IMG/VR virus record: IMGVR_UViG_3300045988_126140
Span: 64,001-128,000 of that record
Source of the DNA: a virus
Length of the DNA: 64,000 bases
Direction: 5' to 3' (one strand)
Positions 9,827-19,104 of this stretch are shown in pieces. The notes under the pieces were generated by a model. That model was not told the origin of the DNA, did not search any database, and saw only the letters and a list, made by a program, of their open reading frames with translations. Both the position numbers and the translations under genes were made by a program. Every line of letters starts with the position of its first letter. Position 1 is the stretch's first letter.

Positions 9827-11375
9827 TCACCCCACCTAACCATTCTGTAGTATAAGTAAAAATAAATTCATATGTTTTATTGGCAGATATTGTCGGAGTA
9901 TTTCCATTTTGCCATTTACACGAAGGTAATATAAGTGTTAAATCTTTAGTAGTATTAAAAAACAAGTGGAGTTCTAAAGGTCTACTGCCAGAAATTGAAG
10001 GCAATAAAATTTCTGTTCCGTCTACCATATTGTTAACAATTTGATTCTTTTTTTCAGTTAAAGTCAATGTTGTATTACTTATCGTTAACTCTTCCCATGT
10101 TTCAACAATTGCTCCACCAGTATCACCTTTTGGAATACCTAAATTTAATAACGGATTTTCAGTTGTTCCAGTAATACTTGCAGTTGCATTACTGCCACTC
10201 TCAAGTGTAGTTACTTTTCCTATTTGTAAATTTGGAGTTGCACCAGTATCTCCATTGTCTCCTTTCCAATTATACCAAGTGTAATTTTTTGGATTTGTTG
10301 GAGAATCTGCATTTGTATCTACACATAAGCCTATATATGCGTTTGGTGTATCTGATATTTGTCCTGCTAACTGTGGTGCTCCTGTACTTGAATATTTTAT
10401 ATGTAAATACTGACTTGTACCCCCACCACTTGATATAGGAAGTGTTATTCCGTTGCCTAATTTACTACCCTTTGAATTTACAAGTTGAAGTAAATTAGTA
10501 GCACTATCTAATGACAAATCAGTTGGTTGGTTGTTCGCAATATCTTTACATTGTGTATTAACTTCATTAATAGCTCCTATTAATGTTTTATTTGTGGTAT
10601 TTAATTCATCATGTGAAATATCATCTATACCATTAAATGAAACATCATCTTTATCAAGTTCAATTTGACTTTCTTGAACTTTCTTTATTTTATTATTTAC
10701 TTCATTTATCCCACCAGTAATTGTTTTTTCATCGGTATTTAAAAATTCATCATTTTTCTTTTGATAATCTTTTAATTCCACAGTTCCTCCACCGATTCCA
10801 GAATCAACATCTTCTCTTAACTGATTTATCGCACCTACTATAGTTTTGTTATCACCAACTAAATTTTCATCTCGTTTCATTTGAATTTCATCTTTATTTA
10901 TTCCGTCGGTTATTTCTTTAACATCTTTTATTAATTTTTCTAACACAGGAAGATTTTTATCATTTTTTATTTTTTTATTTAACTTAGCAGTTATATTTGG
11001 TTTAACTACATAATCAAATTCTTCAGATGTAAAACATTTTAATTCATTTTCTATTGTTCCCGAAACTCTTATTTCACATTCATAAGTTCCAATTATATCA
11101 AAATAATCTGTAGTTAAATCAACTTGATATAATAAATCTTCTTTAGATATTAATGTTGCATCTAAAGGTTTAAATTCATCTGTCTCTGGTTTTAATACTG
11201 CAAATTCAACAATTAAATCATCTGGTATGGTTTTATCTTCATCAGTACAAATTAATTTAATAAAAATATTACATATATTTAAATCTGTATTATAGAAAAA
11301 TATAGTTTTGTCGGATTTAACTTTTGTATTTTTTAAATCTACGGTAATTAAATAATCTTTATCTATATTAATCAT
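9810..11375 (-). CDS. tail fibre / receptor-binding-like protein
   Basis: A 521-aa ORF with repeated '..TI(V/T)G(A/G)IN(Q/E)(L/V)..' segments. '...NTQCKDIAN' matches the N-terminal motif of the neighbouring fibre gene. The C-terminal half is Gly/Thr/Asn-rich. Confidence 0.55.
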   Translation of the reverse strand: MINIDKDYLITVDLKNTKVKSDKTIFFYNTDLNICNIFIKLICTDEDKTIPDDLIVEFAVLKPETDEFKPLDATLISKEDLLYQVDLTTDYFDIIGTYECEIRVSGTIENELKCFTSEEFDYVVKPNITAKLNKKIKNDKNLPVLEKLIKDVKEITDGINKDEIQMKRDENLVGDNKTIVGAINQLREDVDSGIGGGTVELKDYQKKNDEFLNTDEKTITGGINEVNNKIKKVQESQIELDKDDVSFNGIDDISHDELNTTNKTLIGAINEVNTQCKDIANNQPTDLSLDSATNLLQLVNSKGSKLGNGITLPISSGGGTSQYLHIKYSSTGAPQLAGQISDTPNAYIGLCVDTNADSPTNPKNYTWYNWKGDNGDTGATPNLQIGKVTTLESGSNATASITGTTENPLLNLGIPKGDTGGAIVETWEELTISNTTLTLTEKKNQIVNNMVDGTEILLPSISGSRPLELHLFFNTTKDLTLILPSCKWQNGNTPTISANKTYEFIFTYTTEWLGGVIEYVA

Positions 11376-11400
11376 TTAATCATCCTCCTTTATTATTTTT

Positions 11401-11430
11401 AAAAGGGTTGTATTTTATAATACAACCCTA
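11401..11430 (-). terminator. intrinsic terminator after fibre gene 11525..13594
   Basis: On the minus strand: AGGGTTGTATTATAAAATACAACCCT followed by TTTT. Confidence 0.7.
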
Positions 11431-11496
11431 ATTTACATTCTTTCTAGCTTTTTTAAATTTTTCTTTCCTTTTTATATGAATGTAAGTGTGTAAGTG

Positions 11497-11524
11497 TTCG
11501 CAATATTTTTAAATTGCGAACTTA
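11497..11524. repeat. palindromic element TTCGCAAT-N8-ATTGCGAA, copy 2
   Basis: It abuts the stop codon at 11525. See the finding. Confidence 0.8.
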
Positions 11525-13594
11525 TTATAAACATAACAGATATTTTATTTCACTTGCTAAAGTATTTCCTACAGCAGTTATTCCATTATCACCTAAATGT
11601 AAACCATCTGATAAATAGCCTATATTAGCTATGGTTGTATTTGGAACAACACCACTATGTCTATATAAATCTAAAGTTCTAATACTATATTCATCTTCGA
11701 CTATTTTTTTAATTACTTCATTGACTAATAATTGAGTAGCATTTCCGTCAGCTCTTTGGGGTGGTAAACATACCAATATCTGAGCTGTTGGGTCATAGGC
11801 TTTTAATGTTTCCATACAATATCTAATTGCACCACACATTGTAGTTTTATCTGAACTTGTTTCACCTGTATCGGTATTACTACCTGCATTTGTTCCCATT
11901 ATAAAACAATATAAATCAAATTTTTCTTTATTAGCAACAATATAATCAACACGATTGACTGCACATTGAGTTTGTCCATCGCCTGTTTGCCACCATGCAC
12001 CTGCTAAACCTCTGTTAGTAGTTAATGCTCCCGTTTTATTATGTACAACTTTTAAAAAACCGTCTTGAGCATCATTACCTCCTCCCCAGTTAGTTAAACT
12101 ATCGCCAATACAAACCATAGTTTTTGGTATCACTTTTTCTTTTTCACCAGCTATATCTAATATCATTTTTCTTACATCGTCATTCCATTCAGAAAAATAT
12201 TCATCTTCTAATATATCATAATCCAAAATAGGATTATATGAATAAATAGCAGAATAATGCAATGCATCTTTTACATAAGGTATTACATATGATACATTTG
12301 CTGGAAAGGTAGTAGAATATATTTGCTTATCATAAATGGAGTCGTTATTTTTATCAGTACACCAAGGTTGGGGGGCTTGATTTACTATATTCAATCCAAG
12401 GCTACTTACTAAATTTGTAATAACTCCACTATTTGTTGCTCCACTTACATATAAAAAATTTTTATTTTCATCAAAACATCCAAACGTAGGTGGCTTTTTA
12501 TCTTTATAAACACACCAAGTTTTAAAGTAAAGTATTTTATTTGTACTGACATCTACATATCCATTATCTTTACCATACAATAAATTGCAATTTGAACCAT
12601 ATTTTGTAGCTAAATCGCCAGAATATCCTGTATTTATGTATTTATATATGTTTACAGGTGGACTTTGTTTCGTTTTAAAATTTATATTGCTAGAATCAAT
12701 ATTACTATACCAATATTTATTGTATTCATCTGAAAATGTTAATAGTTTCTCATATTTTTCTATTAGTGATAATTTGTTTGTTGTTAATGAAATTTTAATA
12801 TTATTAATATCTACATCACTCTCTGGTGTAAAACCGATTTTTATACCTGTTGCACCTAAAGATTTAAATTCGGATAAATCACATTCAAATTCATTTATAT
12901 TTTTACCTAACGAATTATGTGACAACTTATTCCAAAACCAATGTGTTGCATCGTTATTTACGTTTTTTGTAGTTTCTGTAGTATTTATGAAATAGCTAAA
13001 CCATATAACGGTGCAATTTTTACAATATATATATATATGTTCAGCATCAGTTATATCTATTAAATTCGTCATTTTTGCCCCTTTAGGTATATATCCATGC
13101 GAATTATCCGTTTCTAATGTTGGAGATATACAAACATTTCTATAACTTAAAAAATCTGTTTTTTGAGGAGTTATACTATTATCTGTTATAGTCATATTAG
13201 TTAAAGTACCATCATCTATTTTAGATTGAATTATATTTGTTAATTGTTCATCTGTAACTACTGCTGTAGGAATTTCAACAGTTGCTATTTGATTACCGTA
13301 ATTCATAAGTTTTAGAGTTTGACCACTCATACTCATAGATATTTTTGATAAGTCTACATCACTTCCACCTATTTCAATACCAGTTCCTAAAAGCGTCCCG
13401 TCTTGTTTTTTAATATAAACTTTTCCATCTGTATGTTTTGTAAGAGATAAGTTCGCAATATCTTTAAATTGCGCATCAATTTCATTAAACTTTGAAGTAT
13501 TACTTTTACCATTCTTATCCACAACTAAATCTGGTGAAGTGTAAGGGTAAGAATAACCATCATTACCGTCTCTTACTTTCATTTTATCGCTCAT
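11525..13594 (-). CDS. tail fibre-like protein with a C-terminal SGNH/GDSL hydrolase domain
   Basis: A 689-aa ORF. The C-terminal part has 'VCIGDSLTNWGG' (GDS block) and 'SDGLHLGDNG' (DxxH block). The N-terminus is fibre-like. Confidence 0.65.
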   Translation of the reverse strand: MSDKMKVRDGNDGYSYPYTSPDLVVDKNGKSNTSKFNEIDAQFKDIANLSLTKHTDGKVYIKKQDGTLLGTGIEIGGSDVDLSKISMSMSGQTLKLMNYGNQIATVEIPTAVVTDEQLTNIIQSKIDDGTLTNMTITDNSITPQKTDFLSYRNVCISPTLETDNSHGYIPKGAKMTNLIDITDAEHIYIYCKNCTVIWFSYFINTTETTKNVNNDATHWFWNKLSHNSLGKNINEFECDLSEFKSLGATGIKIGFTPESDVDINNIKISLTTNKLSLIEKYEKLLTFSDEYNKYWYSNIDSSNINFKTKQSPPVNIYKYINTGYSGDLATKYGSNCNLLYGKDNGYVDVSTNKILYFKTWCVYKDKKPPTFGCFDENKNFLYVSGATNSGVITNLVSSLGLNIVNQAPQPWCTDKNNDSIYDKQIYSTTFPANVSYVIPYVKDALHYSAIYSYNPILDYDILEDEYFSEWNDDVRKMILDIAGEKEKVIPKTMVCIGDSLTNWGGGNDAQDGFLKVVHNKTGALTTNRGLAGAWWQTGDGQTQCAVNRVDYIVANKEKFDLYCFIMGTNAGSNTDTGETSSDKTTMCGAIRYCMETLKAYDPTAQILVCLPPQRADGNATQLLVNEVIKKIVEDEYSIRTLDLYRHSGVVPNTTIANIGYLSDGLHLGDNGITAVGNTLASEIKYLLCL
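13451..13474. repeat. palindromic element, copy 1, inside the 5' coding region of the fibre gene
   Basis: GTTCGCAATATCTTTAAATTGCGC encodes ..AQFKDIAN.. on the minus strand. Confidence 0.7.
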
Positions 13595-13604
13595 TTAATC
13601 ATCC

Positions 13605-13800
13605 TCCATTTCTATATTTTGTAAGAGCAATAATTTGCCCCCATATAATTTGTATACTTTTTTGAACTACTCGCCAATAAATTGGCAAGATTCTTGGTCA
13701 ATATGCCTAACGGCACAAGTTTACCCAAGCTACCGAGGTAGTCCCGACCTCACTGAATACTAAAATTATAGTGCTAATTTTAGTAAGTTTTTACTTGCAT
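13605..13800 (-). ncRNA. putative omega RNA (reRNA) of TnpB
   Basis: The last codons of tnpB plus about 160 nt downstream are unusually GC-rich and full of stems (GGTCGGGACTACCTCGGTAGCTTGGG..., GCCAATTTATTGGC). In characterised TnpB systems the guide RNA is made from exactly this position. Confidence 0.45.
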
Positions 13801-14908
13801 TTATATCTCTATCGTGATGTGTATTACATTTAGGGCAAGTCCATTCTCTTAGTCCTAGATTTTTCACATCACTATTTTTATATCCACATTCAGAACATAA
13901 TTGAGAACTAGCATAGTTTGATGGTGCAATTACTATTTCTCTTCCATACCAATTAGCCTTATATTCTAACATTACTCTAAATTTATACCACGATACTTCT
14001 GATATAGCTCTTGCATTTTTATGATTTTTCACCATATTACCTATTCTTAAATCTTCTATTACTATTACTTGGTTTTCGTTTATTAGCTTTGTAGAGATTT
14101 TTTGTAGATAATCAGTTCTTTGATTTTTAATCTTTTCATGTAATTTCGCAACTTTAATTCTCGTTTTATTCCAATTACTAGAGCCATATTGCTTTCTCGA
14201 TAAATCTCTTTGTAATTTTTTCAATCTCTTAGTTTTATTTCTTAGCCACTTAGGATTTTTGAATTTAACTCCATCTGAACATATTGCAAAATCTTTTAGC
14301 CCAACATCTACTCCAACTTTCTTATTTATTTTAGGAAGCTCATTAATTTCTAGCTCACAAGTTAAAAATATGAAGTATTTCTCTGTGTTAGTTCTTCTTA
14401 TAGTTGCAGTTTTAATTTTACCTTCTACCTCTCTCGACTTAGCAAACCTCACTTTCCCTAGTTTTGGTAGTTGAATATACTTATTTAATACTTTAATATT
14501 TCCATTTACCATTTTTGTCTTGTAAGATTGTATTTCATTTTTCTTAGATTTAAATTTAGGTTTACCCCCTAAATGTTTATAATATCTACTGTATGCATTA
14601 TCTAAGTTTTCTACAGAAGATTGTAAAGCGATACTATCTACTTCTTTAAGAAAAGAATATTGTGATTTTAACTCTTTTACATCCTTAAAAGAGTTATTCT
14701 TGTTAAAAAACTCACCCTTCCAATTATTACAAGGAAGTTGCCCACATTGATACATTTCTTCTACTATATACCACATCTTATCTTTCTCTTGTTGTTTATC
14801 TAAAAAATAGTTAAATACAAATCTAGCACAACCAATAGTCTTATTAATGAGAATTGTCTGTTCTTTATTTGGATAAATTCTGAATTTATATGCTTTCATT
14901 TTTACCAT
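13766..14908 (-). CDS. tnpB: TnpB, RNA-guided RuvC-like nuclease (IS605 OrfB family)
   Basis: Starts [17 protein letters not shown]. RuvC motifs are present: [18 protein letters not shown] and [10 protein letters not shown]. Zinc-finger pairs CSECG...CPKC are present. The start was chosen at the ATG behind GGGGG; the track start at 15004 lies inside the IS end. Confidence 0.85.
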   Translation of the reverse strand: MVKMKAYKFRIYPNKEQTILINKTIGCARFVFNYFLDKQQEKDKMWYIVEEMYQCGQLPCNNWKGEFFNKNNSFKDVKELKSQYSFLKEVDSIALQSSVENLDNAYSRYYKHLGGKPKFKSKKNEIQSYKTKMVNGNIKVLNKYIQLPKLGKVRFAKSREVEGKIKTATIRRTNTEKYFIFLTCELEINELPKINKKVGVDVGLKDFAICSDGVKFKNPKWLRNKTKRLKKLQRDLSRKQYGSSNWNKTRIKVAKLHEKIKNQRTDYLQKISTKLINENQVIVIEDLRIGNMVKNHKNARAISEVSWYKFRVMLEYKANWYGREIVIAPSNYASSQLCSECGYKNSDVKNLGLREWTCPKCNTHHDRDINASKNLLKLAL

Positions 14909-15006
14909 AATATCACCCCCTAAAGGAATATGTTTTATAATTAAACATATACTAAAAAAGCCGATTTGTCTCATGTTTAAAGACATGAGTGTTCTTGGTT
15001 GCATAT

Positions 15007-15036
15007 AAAAAAATATGGGGACATTTCTGCCCCCAT
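15007..15036 (-). terminator. intrinsic terminator after the tail tube gene
   Basis: On the minus strand: GGGGCAGAAATGTCCCC followed by ATATTTTTTT. Confidence 0.75.
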
Positions 15037-15059
15037 AAGTTAAAATTTATTAATTATTT

Positions 15060-15569
15060 TTATACACTTGCTTTATCTTCTTCAAATGTCATAAAATCTC
15101 CATTTGTATCAGTACCTATATCAAAAGTTACAGAATAAGTTTGTAAATCTAATGAACTTGTACCAAAGTCTTCAGTTATTTGTGGAGTACAATTAGCTAT
15201 TGTTGCATTTAATATTTTTCTTGTACCATCTGGGAATTTTAATTTCATTTTTCCTGTATAAGTATAAGTAGTAGATGGAGAATCACCTATATGTACTTTA
15301 CCTTCTGCATCTTTTGTAGCTCCTAAAGTAACTAAGAACATATCAAAATTCATAACTTCCATTTCTGCTGTGAAAGTCATGGCTTTATTTGCTTTTAATG
15401 TTATTTTATTTTTACCATCAGCTCTAGCATTTAAAGTGTCTTCTGATTGACCTAAATTAAATGCATTTACATAATCTAATGCTACGTCTTTATCTGTTCC
15501 AGTTTCACCGTTTGGATGAAGTTTCCCTTGCATAGCACCTTCTATTACGAATAAAGTTTCTTGTGCCAT
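15060..15569 (-). CDS. major tail (tube) protein, putative
   Basis: A 169-aa ORF rich in beta-type residues. It has a strong RBS and its own terminator, and it sits after the neck genes. Assigned by position and composition only. Confidence 0.5.
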   Translation of the reverse strand: MAQETLFVIEGAMQGKLHPNGETGTDKDVALDYVNAFNLGQSEDTLNARADGKNKITLKANKAMTFTAEMEVMNFDMFLVTLGATKDAEGKVHIGDSPSTTYTYTGKMKLKFPDGTRKILNATIANCTPQITEDFGTSSLDLQTYSVTFDIGTDTNGDFMTFEEDKASV

Positions 15570-15597
15570 TTCACATTACCTCCATTTTATTAATTAT

Positions 15598-16338
15598 TTA
15601 TTCATCCCTCATTAGTCTTGTACCCATATACCAAGGGGGAATTTCTTTACCTTTATATGCTCCTGCAATAGCAAGTTTCCAAGCCAATTCGCAATCTTCC
15701 ATTGCTTTCATTGATTTATAAGTGTCTTGTAATTGCCAAGCAGTCCAATTTTTTATTTCTTCATACGTAATTTTTCTCGTATGTATTACTTGTCTTACTA
15801 TTTCTTCAAAATATATAGCATTTTTTTTCATTTGTTTTTCTTTGTATTCTTTTTCATACTTTTCAAATAATGCTATATCTTCAGCCGAACCTTCAATCTT
15901 TTGCTTGATTTCTTTTTTAGGTTCATCATAATACATTATTTCTAAAACAATTTTAGACAATATATTAAAATTGCTATCGTCTATAAAAGATTCAATATTA
16001 TCTTGAGATTTAATAAATATACTATATCCTTTATCTCCACAATTTTTTAACTTTATATCTTTCGTATCATATAAAATCATAAGATATAATATTAAATCTA
16101 CTAATAAAGATTTATTCTTTTGAGATAAGGTATAATATATATTAAAAGGCATTTCCACTTCTTCAAAAGCACCATTATTATTCCAATATCGAACCATATA
16201 AAAAGGCTTTATAAATTCTATACTATCTACCACTTCTATAAAGGTTTGAACCTTGGGTTGTTTAATAATGCCCAAATTAAATTCTTTTAAATCAATATCT
16301 TTACCAGATAATAATTCTTTAGTGAATTTACATTTCAT
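15598..16338 (-). CDS. hypothetical virion-module protein
   Basis: A 246-aa ORF in the late operon. Confidence 0.6.
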   Translation of the reverse strand: MKCKFTKELLSGKDIDLKEFNLGIIKQPKVQTFIEVVDSIEFIKPFYMVRYWNNNGAFEEVEMPFNIYYTLSQKNKSLLVDLILYLMILYDTKDIKLKNCGDKGYSIFIKSQDNIESFIDDSNFNILSKIVLEIMYYDEPKKEIKQKIEGSAEDIALFEKYEKEYKEKQMKKNAIYFEEIVRQVIHTRKITYEEIKNWTAWQLQDTYKSMKAMEDCELAWKLAIAGAYKGKEIPPWYMGTRLMRDE

Positions 16339-16855
16339 TGAAATATCTCACTGTAACACTTGTTATATAAGTGTTGTAATCAATTGGTATTGAATAATTT
16401 TGTGATGTAGTTCCTATAATTGGTTTTCCAATAGCCTCTAATCTTTCATCTTCTCTAAGAATTTCATTTATTCTTTTGTAAATGATAACATCTCTTGAAC
16501 CATTTAATGTATTGGAACAACTATTGTGACAAACTACACCTATATCTAATCTAAAAGAACTTATAAATGAAGAGGTTTTACCATTATTTAAAGAAGCTGG
16601 TTCATCTTTATACATATTTAAAAATATATAACAATCAGATTCAAATATAGCGTCAAAGAGTTTATTAACTCTACGGTCTATAAATATTTTTTTATCATTA
16701 AGGTTCTTTATAGGCTCTTTTACTTTAGGTAGAGATAAAATATCATCTTCAGTGGTGTTCGTATAATACAACATTTTATTAATTGTATCATCAAGCATTA
16801 AAAGAGTTCCCACTTTATTTATATATCTATCTGGAAATGTTATTAACTTGCCCAT
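16328..16855 (-). CDS. hypothetical virion-module protein
   Basis: A 175-aa ORF that overlaps its neighbours. Confidence 0.6.
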   Translation of the reverse strand: MGKLITFPDRYINKVGTLLMLDDTINKMLYYTNTTEDDILSLPKVKEPIKNLNDKKIFIDRRVNKLFDAIFESDCYIFLNMYKDEPASLNNGKTSSFISSFRLDIGVVCHNSCSNTLNGSRDVIIYKRINEILREDERLEAIGKPIIGTTSQNYSIPIDYNTYITSVTVRYFNEM

Positions 16856-16856
16856 T

Positions 16857-17852
16857 TTAAGATGCCCCCAATCCTCTTATTGTTATATTTTTAATATCTA
16901 TAGTTTCACCATTCTTATTTTTTGCTATTAAAGTAATAACTTCTCCAATAATATCAAAATCTAAATCTACAGATATAGTACATTCTTTATTATTTGCATT
17001 AGTAATTTTACAAAAACCATAATCAAAATCTAATTCAAAATTTACTTCTTCGTCATATTGAATTTTATAAATTAAATCTTCACCTATATGTATTTTATCA
17101 TTTCCTTCTATTTCTCCAGATTTAACAGACGAGTCATAAAAAGGATTATAAGCAACTAAATTATCGTCATCGTCTTCAACTAATTGAGTAGTTTCAAGTA
17201 ACAACCATTTGATTAATCCATCACCAGGAGTTTCTCTTCTAGTATACTCAAAATCATTTTTATGAGTTATTTTATAAGCTTGTCTATCTTTTCCCATAAG
17301 TCTTGCACCGACTTTCAAACTAGAAGTTATCGGATTAGAACCTACTAAAACTGTTCTTTTTGCATCTAGGTTAGAAATATATTTATAATCGTGAATACCT
17401 TTAGAATACATTGTTAAGTTAGTAATATTAACTGGTGTTCTATAAATTTCACCTTTGTATCCAATATTGAACCATTCATTACATCGTTTTAATGTATACT
17501 TTTTATGAGTCATTGTACTTATTACTTCTTCAAATTCTAATATGTAATATGATTTATTCCAATATATATAACTACCCACATCCACAGGACATTCTAATCT
17601 ACAAACTAAATATTTTTCATCAAATGCTGTTTTATCATTATCAGCTACGTCTTTTATAATCATTCTTTCATGAAGATTAGTTTCTTTATTTATTAATTCA
17701 TCTGGTCTCGTATATTGGATTTCATAAGCACTTCGAGCCTCTTTAGTTAAGTAAAACTCAAAGTCGTTAATCATATCATTTCTTTCTTTTTCCTCTATTG
17801 TATTAAAATCTTTTAGATTTCTTTTTCTATATTTTTCAAAGTAATTACTCAT
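16857..17852 (-). CDS. hypothetical virion-module protein
   Basis: A 331-aa ORF in the late operon. Confidence 0.6.
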   Translation of the reverse strand: MSNYFEKYRKRNLKDFNTIEEKERNDMINDFEFYLTKEARSAYEIQYTRPDELINKETNLHERMIIKDVADNDKTAFDEKYLVCRLECPVDVGSYIYWNKSYYILEFEEVISTMTHKKYTLKRCNEWFNIGYKGEIYRTPVNITNLTMYSKGIHDYKYISNLDAKRTVLVGSNPITSSLKVGARLMGKDRQAYKITHKNDFEYTRRETPGDGLIKWLLLETTQLVEDDDDNLVAYNPFYDSSVKSGEIEGNDKIHIGEDLIYKIQYDEEVNFELDFDYGFCKITNANNKECTISVDLDFDIIGEVITLIAKNKNGETIDIKNITIRGLGAS

Positions 17853-18255
17853 TTATGTCAACTCCTCTTGTGGCATAACCTATTCTTAACTTTCTTAATT
17901 CTTTAACATACATTTCTCTAGTTTTCAAAAGGTTATTCAATAAGGTTGCAGGTGACTTAATAGAATATTCACTATCTGTTATATGAATAGTTAACGCATC
18001 TCTATTAAGTATTTTTGTATCTACAAAAGGAATTAACATACCTTTAGCTAATATTTGTTTTTCTTTCCAATTTAATTCAGATTTAAAATAGCCGTCCTCT
18101 ATAGTTAAATCTTGTTTGCATTGTTCAAAATTAGATATTGAAACATATAAATAGGATTCTAACAAATCTTCAAGGACGGATTCATCTATTTCTAATAAAT
18201 CATCTTTACCTAAATGTTTTAGAAATAAATCATAAATTTCTGTAACAGGTGTCAT
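17845..18255 (-). CDS. hypothetical protein, possible head-tail connector
   Basis: A 136-aa ORF downstream of the capsid gene. Assigned by position only. Confidence 0.45.
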   Translation of the reverse strand: MTPVTEIYDLFLKHLGKDDLLEIDESVLEDLLESYLYVSISNFEQCKQDLTIEDGYFKSELNWKEKQILAKGMLIPFVDTKILNRDALTIHITDSEYSIKSPATLLNNLLKTREMYVKELRKLRIGYATRGVDINE

Positions 18256-18265
18256 TTAATCACCT

Positions 18266-18886
18266 CTAATCAATATCTAGTAATTGTTCTCTACCTAGTA
18301 AATCACATAATATTTTTTCTTTTCTTCTTGATAACTCGAAATCACTTTCTTCTGATTTAGTCATCATTATTGCTTTGCAGGCTAGATTTCTTAGGAATGA
18401 TTCTTTTCTATTTTGAATTTTTCTTTCAAATCTATCATCTGGAAGATTTAATAATTCTTCAGCTTTAGCAGTTAATTGACTTTCTTCACTATTATAAATA
18501 GAAGCTATACCAACGTAATCTACAACATTATCTATTGTGTATTCATCTGATAATACGTCTGTTACAATTATCAGATAATCTTTAAAAAAAGATTTACATT
18601 TATTTGCAACTTCCCATAATTCTGCTAAAGATATTTCAGTATATTCGTTTGGAAGTAAATCAAAATATACTTCTTCATTCTTATTCATATAAATAACACT
18701 CATAAAAGACATATTACAAATCTGAACATATATTTCATCTTGATTCTTTTTTAGTTCCATGTTAATTTGTCTTTTAGTTTTTTTCTTTTCTATTTTTTCT
18801 TCTACCTTTTCCATAACATCTTCGGTTACTTCATTGGCAGTTTTCGCTTTAGTTGATTTAGTAGTAGCTTTTTTTATTTTTTCCAT
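18266..18886 (-). CDS. hypothetical protein
   Basis: A 206-aa ORF with a Lys-rich N-terminus. Confidence 0.6.
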   Translation of the reverse strand: MEKIKKATTKSTKAKTANEVTEDVMEKVEEKIEKKKTKRQINMELKKNQDEIYVQICNMSFMSVIYMNKNEEVYFDLLPNEYTEISLAELWEVANKCKSFFKDYLIIVTDVLSDEYTIDNVVDYVGIASIYNSEESQLTAKAEELLNLPDDRFERKIQNRKESFLRNLACKAIMMTKSEESDFELSRRKEKILCDLLGREQLLDID

Positions 18887-18963
18887 TTTGTTTATTCTCC
18901 CTTCTAAATTAAATAAAGCACTACCAATAAAGTAGTGCTATGTTAATTATTAATTATTTTTGA

Positions 18964-19104
18964 TTAGTTTTGTATTTTTATTATAGCGTAAGTAGAAGCT
19001 ACAGCTACACCTAAATGTACCATACGGTTCATTTCCATTTCGATTTGATAATCTTTTCTAGCTCCAGTAGTATCTTCGTTTAATTCTACATCGCCTAATC
19101 TTCG
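18964..19104 (-). CDS. major capsid protein, exon 2 (46 codons)
   Basis: I translated RRLGDVELNEDTTGARKDYQIEMEMNRMVHLGVAVASTYAIIKIQN* by hand. It is in frame with exon 1 after removal of the intron-like element. It is too short to appear in the track. Confidence 0.6.
   Translation of the reverse strand, partial: RRLGDVELNEDTTGARKDYQIEMEMNRMVHLGVAVASTYAIIKIQN

Larger units (their letters stand above)
13600..15010 (-). mobile_element. IS200/IS605-family element carrying only tnpB (ends approximate)
   Basis: It contains a TnpB ORF and no tnpA. A subterminal hairpin CTCATGTCTTTAAACATGAG lies upstream of the ORF, and a structured, GC-richer 3' region lies downstream. It is inserted between the tail-tube terminator and the fibre gene. 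Confidence 0.65.

Noticed and set aside
13600-15059. IStron (group I intron fused to an IS605-type element), as known from clostridia
   Set aside because: No group I core elements (R/S-like motifs) lie adjacent to the TnpB element. It also sits in an intergenic spacer rather than inside a gene.
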